Program-made: the position numbers and the translations under genes
Shown here: positions 54,408 through 64,000 of the stretch, one piece after another
Position numbering within the stretch: the stretch's first letter is position 1
How the letters are laid out: each line of letters starts with the position of its first letter
The notes under the pieces: model-generated
The model's input: the letters and a program-made list of their open reading frames with translations, nothing else
What the model was told of the DNA's origin: nothing
The model's database searches: none
Origin: an uncultured delta proteobacterium
GTDB lineage: Bacteria; Myxococcota_A; Polyangia; Polyangiales; Polyangiaceae
Assembly (NCBI GenBank): GCA_963782055.1
Contig: CAWAIF010000003.1
Span: forward strand, 3,904,001-3,968,000
DNA: 64,000 nt
Direction of reading: 5' to 3'

Positions 54408-55124
54408 TCAGCGGCCGACGCCCCAGATCTCCCCGGTGGCCCAGGTCGCGTCCAGGAGCGCGAGCACGACGTGCACGACCTCCTCGGCGGTGCCGAAGCG
54501 CCCGAGCGGTGAGCGCGTCGCCAGGCGGTGGGTGCGCAGCGGGTCGGCGTCGGCCTCCGGGTCGGCCACGATCCCCAGCGCCACCATGTTCACCCGGACG
54601 TCCGGCGCGAGCTCCACCGAGAGCGCCCGCAGGCCGGTGGCGAGCGCGCCCTTCGCCGTGATGTAGGCCACGTGGTTCTCGTAGGGGCGCGACATGCCCG
54701 CGTCGCCCAGGGCGACGACGGCGCCCTTGGCCGCGCTCAGATCCTCCGCCAGCGCCTGCACCAGGAGCAGCGGCGCGATCGCGTGGACGGTGAGCGTGTG
54801 CTGCAGGTCCTCCCGCCGCAAGGTCTCGAAGGGCGTCCTGGGGAAAGGTCCGCACGCGAGCACCACGTCGTCGATGCGAATGCCCTTCTCCCGCAGGCCG
54901 GCGACGATGATCTCCACCGCGTCGGTCCGGGTGAGGTCGGAGCAGACGTAGGGCGCCGGGTCCCGCCCGTGGGTCGCGCCCAGGTCGGCCGAGAGGGCCT
55001 CCAGCTTGTTGGGATCGCGGGCGGTGAGCACGACGTGATCCCCGCGGGCGGCGAGCGCGTGGGCGATGGCCACGCCGAGCCTGCCGGTGGCCCCCACGAT
55101 GAGCGTCTGGCGACCGCTTCGCAT
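54408..55124 (-). CDS. Short-chain dehydrogenase/reductase (pteridine reductase-like)
   Basis: GATGRLG, YITAK (YxxxK), ELAPDVRVN, PLGRFG..EEV. Confidence 0.87.
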   Translation of the reverse strand: MRSGRQTLIVGATGRLGVAIAHALAARGDHVVLTARDPNKLEALSADLGATHGRDPAPYVCSDLTRTDAVEIIVAGLREKGIRIDDVVLACGPFPRTPFETLRREDLQHTLTVHAIAPLLLVQALAEDLSAAKGAVVALGDAGMSRPYENHVAYITAKGALATGLRALSVELAPDVRVNMVALGIVADPEADADPLRTHRLATRSPLGRFGTAEEVVHVVLALLDATWATGEIWGVGR

Positions 55125-55172
55125 GACTCGCTTGTATCACGCCCCGAGGGGCACGCGTGGTAGAGTGCCTGC

Positions 55173-56417
55173 GTGCGTGCGAGAACCGGTGTCTTCGCTC
55201 TGGCCGCATGCGGTGCCTGCGCCGTCCTCGTCGGCGCGGCGTGCACCGACATTCTCGGTATCCAGACGCTGAGCAACGGCACACCCCCGTCGCCCGACTC
55301 CGGCGACGACGTGATGGAGGCCGGCGCGCCGGACGTGAGCTGCGATCCGCTCCACCCCTTCGCCCGGCCCAACGCCGCCGACACCGACGCGAGCGACTTC
55401 CAGTTCACCCTCGCCACGTACAGTTTCAAGGCGGGCCTCGAGCTCACCAGCGGCGACGACATCTACTACGACCTGGACAACGCGTGCACGTGCTCCGGGG
55501 CGCCCAACTCGGAGTCGTGTCAGCGTCCGGACGCGGCGAGCCCCGACTCGTGCGACCTCTCCCGTGGGCGCGACGGCACGGGCAACCTCACGCTCAAGTA
55601 CCTCCACACCTACGTCTCCGGCGTCAGCGACAAGAACCTCATCGCCAACCTGGACCAGGGCATCTTCGGCATGCTGGCCACCATCCGCGGCTACGACGGC
55701 GCCCAGGACGACCCGAACGTCCAGGTCGACATCATCCAGTCGCACGGCACGGTGCAGGAGAGCGCCCCGGGCGTGCCGATGACGAAGCTGGACCACGGCG
55801 TGAACGTGCTCGACACCCCCGCCCTCAAGCGCGACGGCACCGACGAGTGGTCCTACGACCCCAACGACGGCACCGCCGACGACGCCGGGCTCATCAGCTC
55901 CGACGCCCACGACGGCAACGCGTACGTCGCCGGCGGGGTGCTCGTCGCGCACTTCCCGGTGCTGCGCATCAACGTGGACTTCAAGCTCACCAACGACAAC
56001 CCCATCGTGGTGCGCATCACCGACGCGATCGTCTCCGCCACGGTGACGCGCATCGACGACGCCGGCGCGCCGTACCAGCTCGACAACGGCAAGGTCGCCG
56101 GCCGCTGGCGCCTCGCCGACATGCTCGCCGCCTTCGGCGGGTGGACGGACCCCTTCGGCTCGGGCAACGAGGGCATCTGCCCCGGGTCGCCCGCCTACGC
56201 GCCGGTCCAGTCGGCGGCATGCCCCCGCAGGGACGTCCGGTCGGTGTCGTCGGAGGACGGCAAGAACCTGCCGTGCGACTCGCTCTCCTTCGGCATCGGC
56301 TTCACCGCCGGCCCGGCGAAGGTGTGGGGTCCGTGGCAGTACCCCTACCGCGACACCACGTGCTTCGACGCCTCCGTCGCCACCGGCCCGCCCGTGGCCG
56401 GCGACCCCTGCCAGTGA
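55173..56417 (+). CDS. Cys-rich lipoprotein of unknown function (paralog of 56427-57479)
   Basis: GAAC-TDILGIQTL; DLDNACTC; YDGAQDDPNV; AGRW; PCDSLSFGIGF. Confidence 0.8.
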   Translation: MRARTGVFALAACGACAVLVGAACTDILGIQTLSNGTPPSPDSGDDVMEAGAPDVSCDPLHPFARPNAADTDASDFQFTLATYSFKAGLELTSGDDIYYDLDNACTCSGAPNSESCQRPDAASPDSCDLSRGRDGTGNLTLKYLHTYVSGVSDKNLIANLDQGIFGMLATIRGYDGAQDDPNVQVDIIQSHGTVQESAPGVPMTKLDHGVNVLDTPALKRDGTDEWSYDPNDGTADDAGLISSDAHDGNAYVAGGVLVAHFPVLRINVDFKLTNDNPIVVRITDAIVSATVTRIDDAGAPYQLDNGKVAGRWRLADMLAAFGGWTDPFGSGNEGICPGSPAYAPVQSAACPRRDVRSVSSEDGKNLPCDSLSFGIGFTAGPAKVWGPWQYPYRDTTCFDASVATGPPVAGDPCQ

Positions 56418-56426
56418 CCCCGGCCC

Positions 56427-57479
56427 TCAGTTGCAGGACGTGGGGGCGTTGTTGCACTTCGGCGGCGGCGGTACGCCCCCGTCGACGTCCTGCCACGACG
56501 CCGCCTGCGCTTTGAAGTCGAAACCGACGGAGACCGCGTCGCAGGTCTTCCCCGTCCCGTCGTCCGCCTGCTTCTGCATGATGTCGCGCGACGAGCAGAG
56601 CGCGGTCTGGGCGACGGAGCCGGCGCACGTGTTGATCGGAAAGGGGATGAACTGGTTGGCGAGTGCGGCCACCGCGTCGTCTGCCTGCCAGCGGCCGCCC
56701 AGCGTCCCCTGGACGGACTTGTGATCGGAGGCGATGGTCCCCACCAGCACCGGCCCGTCCAGGCGCAGGACCATGTCGGAGAAGCCGAGCTGCGCGACCC
56801 GCACGATGAAGTCGAAGTGGTCGAAGAAGAGCACGACCTGGCCGCTGCTGACCCAGCCGCGGGTGGAGACACCGTCGCCGGCGGCGACCTCGTGCTTCCA
56901 GTCGAAGCCGGCGTCGGTGCCGCCGTCCCCGAGCGCCTCCCCACGGCCCGAGCCGAGGAAGCCGGTGACGCTCGGGTCGTCCGGCTGGCCGTCCCAGTCG
57001 GTGATGCGCAGCGTCAGCGCGGAGTAGCCGAGCTCCACCGCCTTCTCCAGCGGCGCCCCGAGCGGCAGGGGCGAGACGAGGGAGTCGTGGATGGCGTCGT
57101 CGATGCCGTTGCCGGAGACGTCCTTCTTGCCCCCGGCGGGGTCCGGGAAGACGCAGGGGTTGGCGCTCGCGCTGAGGGTGCACGCGTGGTCCAGGTTGAG
57201 CCCCTTGCCGGCCCCGCCCAGGCCGGTGCCCAGGCCGAAGTCCACCGAGGTGACCACGAAGGTGAGCGGGTCGTTGATGGCCACGCCGTCGCTCGCGTCG
57301 GGCTTGGGCGGGCCGGGATCGCTGGTGCACGGGTCGCGGTAGGTGTCCGGTGCGGCGTCGACGGTGGGGGGCTGCTCGCGGTCCAGCGTCTGGATGCCGA
57401 GCACGTCGGCGCACGCCACCGCCAGCCCGCAGCACGCGAGCACCACCACGCCGGCGCCGACGAGACGCGCGCGGCTCAA
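56427..57479 (-). CDS. Cys-rich lipoprotein of unknown function (paralog of 55173-56417)
   Basis: TTGA overlap with upstream stop; AVAC-ADVLGIQTL; NLDHACT; WDGQPDDPSV; GGRW; TCDAVSVGFDF. Confidence 0.78.
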   Translation of the reverse strand: MSRARLVGAGVVVLACCGLAVACADVLGIQTLDREQPPTVDAAPDTYRDPCTSDPGPPKPDASDGVAINDPLTFVVTSVDFGLGTGLGGAGKGLNLDHACTLSASANPCVFPDPAGGKKDVSGNGIDDAIHDSLVSPLPLGAPLEKAVELGYSALTLRITDWDGQPDDPSVTGFLGSGRGEALGDGGTDAGFDWKHEVAAGDGVSTRGWVSSGQVVLFFDHFDFIVRVAQLGFSDMVLRLDGPVLVGTIASDHKSVQGTLGGRWQADDAVAALANQFIPFPINTCAGSVAQTALCSSRDIMQKQADDGTGKTCDAVSVGFDFKAQAASWQDVDGGVPPPPKCNNAPTSCN

Positions 57480-58498
57480 AAGACCCCGAACGCCATGACC
57501 CCGCCGAGCGTCGGCGCGACGTAGACGGCGGCCTGGTCCGGGGTCTGGCCCTCTTCGGTGTGCGGCGGCGCGCCGGTGAGGAAGACCGCCGCCCCGGCCG
57601 CGACCGCGGCGCCCCCGGCGATGAGCAGCACGGTCGAGGTGGTGGCGTAGGCGTTGGCCTGATCGCCCAGCTGCGGCGCGTTGCTGTCGAAGGGGCAGGT
57701 GGGGAAGCTGGGACCGCACTTGGTCTTCGCGTCGTTCCACGTGCTCGCCGCGACACCGCCGAAGATGCCGCCGCCTGCCATCGTCAGGGCGCCCACGCCC
57801 GCCACGACGGTGCCGATGATGCGCTGGGTGGTCCAGAAGCCCTGCACCTCCACCACCTGCTGCACGACGTGGGTCACGACCTTGGGCCCCTGCACCGGCG
57901 CGTCCTCCAGCTTGGCGACGGTGACCTCCGCGTTCTTGCCCGGGAGCACGGTGACGTGGAGGGTCTCGGTCTTCTTCGTCGGTGCGGTGACCTCGAAGGT
58001 GTGCTGCCCGGGGTCCATCGGGAGGGGGGCGCCCCACGCGCCCTCGGCGAGCAGCACCTTGCCGTCGCGCTTGATCGTCATGCCCGGCACGCGCACCTCG
58101 GGCGGCACGTTGACCGTCACGCGCAGCAGGCCCGGCTCCAGCGAGGCCACCTTGCGCTTGGCGTAGTCCTCGTACTCCGGGTGACCCTGCCGCCGGCCGA
58201 GGGTGATGGCGTCCACGTAGGCGCCCCACGCGCTGGCGTTCTGTCCGTTCTTCTCGTAGCAGTCGCCCAGGTTGAGCAGAGTGCCGACGCGCGCCACCTG
58301 ATCGTTGGACGCCTGGAACTTGGAGCACGCCTGCGCGTACTTCTTCTGGTCCATGAGCTGCTGCGCCTGATCGAAGAGCGTCTTGGCGGCCGCGACGCGC
58401 TCGGCGGGCGGCTGGCCCGCGTCCGGGCTCTGCGCGAGAGCCGGCGAGGCGATGCCGGCGAGGAGTGCTGCGGCGAGGAGCGTCGTACGGAATCGCAC
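57476..58498 (-). CDS. Exported TPR + PEGA-like protein with hydrophobic C-terminal segments
   Basis: Signal ..PALAQ; AKTLFDQA..ACSKFQAS..GTLLNLGDCYE..ASAW; PMDPGQHTFEVTAP; Gly-rich hydrophobic C-terminus ending in F. Confidence 0.82.
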   Translation of the reverse strand: MRFRTTLLAAALLAGIASPALAQSPDAGQPPAERVAAAKTLFDQAQQLMDQKKYAQACSKFQASNDQVARVGTLLNLGDCYEKNGQNASAWGAYVDAITLGRRQGHPEYEDYAKRKVASLEPGLLRVTVNVPPEVRVPGMTIKRDGKVLLAEGAWGAPLPMDPGQHTFEVTAPTKKTETLHVTVLPGKNAEVTVAKLEDAPVQGPKVVTHVVQQVVEVQGFWTTQRIIGTVVAGVGALTMAGGGIFGGVAASTWNDAKTKCGPSFPTCPFDSNAPQLGDQANAYATTSTVLLIAGGAAVAAGAAVFLTGAPPHTEEGQTPDQAAVYVAPTLGGVMAFGVF

Positions 58499-58507
58499 GA
58501 CCGCAGG

Positions 58508-59917
58508 CTACTCGAAAGTCTTGGGCGGCGCAGTCACCGTCGGCGCTGGGTTGACGGTCTTGGCGGTGGCGGTGGCCTTGGGGTGGGGCGTGACGTGCTT
58601 GACCGTCGGGTGGGTGGCCGGCCTGGGCGGCGGCTTTGCGGTGGCGGTGGCCGCCTCGGTGGCGCTGGGCTTGGCGGAAGGGACGCTGGGGGTGGGCTGC
58701 GGCGGCGGCGTCGCGATCACCGCGGTGACGGTGGGGGCGGTCGGGGCGGCGGAGCCCGGTGGCGCTGCGCTGGCCCCGGCGGCCGGGTCGGCGGGGGAGA
58801 AGGCCACGCCGCGGATGGCGAAGAAGCCCCCCACCAGCAGGAGCACCCCCAGCGCGCCCGCCGCCGCGAGCAGCGTCGTACGCTTCTTGTTCTCCGGGAA
58901 GGCCTGCGTCGCGCCCCACGCCGTGCCGCCAGTGCCCACCTTCGCGTTGCGGGAGGTGTCGGTGACGATGCTCACCATCGGCGGACGGGAGGGGACCTGC
59001 AGGGTGGCGGCGATGCGGTCGGTCGCCCCGCGCGAGGCATCCGGGGCGTAGGGCTCGAGCGCCGCCGCGAGCTCCGCCACGTTCTGGAAGCGCTGGCCGG
59101 GATCCTTCTCCAGGCACTTGAGCACGACGGCGTTCAGCCCCTCCGAGACCTCCGGCCGGAGGCTGCGCGGGGGCTCCGCGGCGTCCTGCACGACCTTGAG
59201 GCAGAGCTCGGGGATGGCCTCCGCCTCGAAGGGCACGCGACCGGTGAGCAGCTCGTAGAGGATGACGCCCAGGCCCCATATGTCGGAGCGCTGATCCACG
59301 TTCTTGGACGAGCGCATCTGCTCGGGCGACATGTAAAGCGGCGAGCCCATGATGGACGACGTGCGGGTCAGGGAGAGGCCCGACTGGGTGTCGATGGACT
59401 TGGAGATGCCGAAGTCGAGCACCTTCACCAGCGCGGTGCCGTCCACGTGGCGGGTCACGAAGAGGTTCTGCGGCTTCAGATCGCGGTGGATGATGCCGAT
59501 GGAGTGGGCCTCGGCGATGGCTTCGCAGGCCTGCAGCACGTAGTTGACCGCGTCCCCCGGCTCCATCGTGCCCAGGTTGTGCATGACGTGCGAGAGGTCC
59601 GCGCCGTCCAGGTACTCCATGACCATGTACGGGGCGCCGGTCTCCAGGACGCCGACATCGGCCACCTTCGCGGCGTGCAGGCTCTTGAGTCGCACCGCGG
59701 CGCGCGCCTCGCGCTGGAAGCGCTCCACCGCCTCGTGGCTCTGCATGGCCTGCGGCAGCAGGAACTTCAGCGCGACCTTCTGATCGAGCTGCAGGTGCGT
59801 GGCCTGCACGACGACGCCCATTCCCCCCACGCCGAGCACCCTGTCCACGCGGTACTTGCCCGCGAGGACGTCCCCGATCGCGACGGGGAGGTCCGGGTTG
59901 GCGGCATCGTCCGACAT
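58508..59917 (-). CDS. Transmembrane Hanks-type Ser/Thr protein kinase
   Basis: GVGGMGVV, VALKFL, HRDLKPQN, DFG, GSPLYMSPE, DIWGLG; TM then Pro/Thr/Ala tail; GGAGG before ATG 59917. Confidence 0.95.
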   Translation of the reverse strand: MSDDAANPDLPVAIGDVLAGKYRVDRVLGVGGMGVVVQATHLQLDQKVALKFLLPQAMQSHEAVERFQREARAAVRLKSLHAAKVADVGVLETGAPYMVMEYLDGADLSHVMHNLGTMEPGDAVNYVLQACEAIAEAHSIGIIHRDLKPQNLFVTRHVDGTALVKVLDFGISKSIDTQSGLSLTRTSSIMGSPLYMSPEQMRSSKNVDQRSDIWGLGVILYELLTGRVPFEAEAIPELCLKVVQDAAEPPRSLRPEVSEGLNAVVLKCLEKDPGQRFQNVAELAAALEPYAPDASRGATDRIAATLQVPSRPPMVSIVTDTSRNAKVGTGGTAWGATQAFPENKKRTTLLAAAGALGVLLLVGGFFAIRGVAFSPADPAAGASAAPPGSAAPTAPTVTAVIATPPPQPTPSVPSAKPSATEAATATAKPPPRPATHPTVKHVTPHPKATATAKTVNPAPTVTAPPKTFE

Positions 59918-59955
59918 CAAGCCTCCAGAACCCTGGATCATCGCCCGCTTACGCC

Positions 59956-59970
59956 GCAAAGGCAATGCCA
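59956..59970 (-). promoter_or_regulatory. Candidate sigma54 (-24/-12) promoter of the kinase-TPR-lipoprotein operon
   Basis: TGGCATTGCCTTTGC with canonical GG-N10-GC spacing, 38 bp upstream of the kinase ATG. Confidence 0.45.
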
Positions 59971-60082
59971 GGAGCGGGAATTTTCATGGGGCAGCGCGCT
60001 CCGGCGGGGCGTCATCATGCCGCGCCACGCCGCGCTTTCGTAAGCACCCTGGCGCTCCTCCGGGGGGGGGCGGCCCGCGCTC

Positions 60083-61216
60083 TCAGAGCGCCTTCTTGTA
60101 GACGCGGTACTTCTTGTAGACCTTCGCGCCCATCGACTTGATGCCCAGGTTGATGGGGGCGTCGTCCTCGCGCGTCCAGGAGAGCTCGCCCCACCGGTAG
60201 CCCTTGGCGGCGCCGCGCTTCGAGACCTCCACGTACATCGCCGCGGAGAGGCCGCCGTAGCGCTTCACGTTCTGCCGCACCTCCTTCTTGATGCCGAGCA
60301 TCATCAGGCGGGCAGACTCGGGGTGCTTGACCTTCACGCGGTACAGGAGCTTCGCCCAGCCGAAGGGGAGGACCTTGCCGCCCAGGTCGGCCATGGCCTC
60401 GTTCAGGTTGGGGAGCAGGATGCACATGCCCATCGCCTTGCCGTTGACCTCCGCCATGAAGGCGATGTCCGGGTCGATGATGAGCTTCATGTCCTTGGCG
60501 ATCTTCTTCACCTCGTCGGGCAGGGCCGGGACCACGCCCCACTTGCCCTCCCAGGCGTCGTTGTAGATGTCCATGATGTCGCGGAGCTCGCGCTCCATCT
60601 GCGAGGTGTCGACCGAGCGCAGGCGCACCTCCGGCAGGCTCTTGATCTGCTCCCACGCCTTGATGACGCGCTTGGGCAAGTCGTGCGACTCGTAGCGCCA
60701 GGCGAAGAGGTCCTTCTCCTTCTCCAGGCCGCAGCCCTCGATCAGCTTGCCCTGGTACGGGCGGGAGTGCGCCATCATCAGGTTGGGCGGGTACTCGAAG
60801 CCCTCGATCAGGCAGCCGACCTCCTCGTTCGCGTACAGGGAGAAGGGACCCATCATCCGCTTCAGCCCGCGGACCTTCAGCCACTTGGCGGCGGCGTCCA
60901 TCAGCGCTTGCGCGACCTCCTGATCGTCCATGGTGTCGAAGAAGCCGAAGAAGCCGGTCTCGTCGTTCCACACGCGCAGGTGCTCGCGGTCGATGCTGGC
61001 GCTCGCGCGGCCCATGAGCTTGCCGTCCTTCCACGCCGTGAAGAGGGTGACCTCGGCGCGGTTGAAGAACGGGTTGGACTTGGGGTTGAGGCGATCCTTG
61101 AGCTCCAGGTCCAGCGGCGGGACCCAGGTGGGATCGAAGCGGAAGACCTCGTGTCCGGCGCGGACGAAGTCCTTCAGGTCGCGACCGGGGGTGTGCTCGC
61201 GGATCTCGATGGCCAT
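60083..61216 (-). CDS. GNAT-fold protein, YghO-like family
   Basis: DPTWVPPL...NPFF...GFFGFFD...GPFSL..NEEVGCLIEGF..P..MMAH...ELSWTREDD..IN...KKYRVY. Confidence 0.82.
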   Translation of the reverse strand: MAIEIREHTPGRDLKDFVRAGHEVFRFDPTWVPPLDLELKDRLNPKSNPFFNRAEVTLFTAWKDGKLMGRASASIDREHLRVWNDETGFFGFFDTMDDQEVAQALMDAAAKWLKVRGLKRMMGPFSLYANEEVGCLIEGFEYPPNLMMAHSRPYQGKLIEGCGLEKEKDLFAWRYESHDLPKRVIKAWEQIKSLPEVRLRSVDTSQMERELRDIMDIYNDAWEGKWGVVPALPDEVKKIAKDMKLIIDPDIAFMAEVNGKAMGMCILLPNLNEAMADLGGKVLPFGWAKLLYRVKVKHPESARLMMLGIKKEVRQNVKRYGGLSAAMYVEVSKRGAAKGYRWGELSWTREDDAPINLGIKSMGAKVYKKYRVYKKAL

Positions 61217-61412
61217 GGCGGGGTGATGCATAGCAGAAGTTGCGCGCGGGCGTCCCCCCCGACCCCCGCGCTCCAGCTCGACCATCGCCGGGCGCTGGAA
61301 ACCCGCCCGAAACACTCCCCGGGCACCATTGCGCCGCGCGTCACAAGACGCTAGCACCCGGCCAACGCGCGCTACGCAAGCACGCCCCACGCATCGCACG
61401 TAACGAGGTCCC

Positions 61413-63639
<2,227 letters not shown>

Positions 63640-63659
63640 AGCGCGCCGCGGACGGAGTG

Positions 63660-64000
63660 TCACCGCGGCGGAGCAGGCTCGTACGCGCGCTCGAGGTCGC
63701 CGCGCCGGTGCTCGCGCCGCGCCTGCGCGCGTCGGGCGTGCGCTTCTTGCCGTGGAACCCAGAAGCCGCCCTCGGCGAACCTGTCGAGGACGGCCTCGTC
63801 GCCGAAGCCGAGCCGGATGCGCAGGCAGAGCACCTCCAGATGCCTGCGGGCGCGTTGGCACGCGCGGGTGGCCGGCCAGCGCCGCTCCCCCGGCGCAAGC
63901 GCGCCGTCGAGCGCCACCCCGACGTGCCCCACGAGCACCAGCCCGAAGAACGCGCGGCGCACGCGGCGCCGGCCTTCGCGCGTCAGCGCGACGATGCAGT
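63660..64000 (-). CDS. 3' end of a gene entering from beyond the window, possibly MarR-like
   Basis: Open frame ...CIVALTREGRRRVRRA... resembles the MarR wing/last helix; stop at 63660. Confidence 0.35.
   Translation of the reverse strand, partial: CIVALTREGRRRVRRAFFGLVLVGHVGVALDGALAPGERRWPATRACQRARRHLEVLCLRIRLGFGDEAVLDRFAEGGFWVPRQEAHARRAQARREHRRGDLERAYEPAPPR

Noticed and set aside
60055..61270. G/C-run elements flanking the GNAT gene as REP or MITE ends
   Set aside because: Similarity is short and low-complexity, with no TSD or further copies identified.

Overview
High-GC chromosomal window. Three Hanks-type kinases, a PP2C phosphatase, TPR/PEGA and Cys-rich lipoproteins and an FGE-sulfatase-domain protein suggest a myxobacterium, probably Polyangiales (inferred). 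Most of it is core genome: frr, a B12-dependent acyl-CoA mutase subunit, hemE-hemH-hemY, clpS-clpA, glgA, an RluA synthase, purH, a peptide-type ABC importer and type III glutamine synthetase. One decaying accessory block (~4.1-11.4 kb) holds a coupled array of Asp-box proteins alternating with small Cys-rich exported proteins, plus a divergent OmpR-type regulator. An IS66 element (8-bp TSD) splits the lead Asp-box gene and an IS10-group element (9-bp TSD) splits the regulator. Best candidates for new biology: (1) a GT-C-type membrane protein fused to a Poly_export/SLBB (OPX-like) module; (2) an orphan ParA with two N-terminal TRASH-like metal-binding motifs paired with a ribbon-helix-helix protein; (3) a DUF362/polyferredoxin module tightly coupled to a Bacillus-type hemE-hemH-hemY set; (4) the Asp-box/Cys-rich cassette, which holds two halves of one domain in permuted order. 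I recognised no rRNA, tRNA or CRISPR array. All family calls come from motif recognition by eye; no database searches were run.
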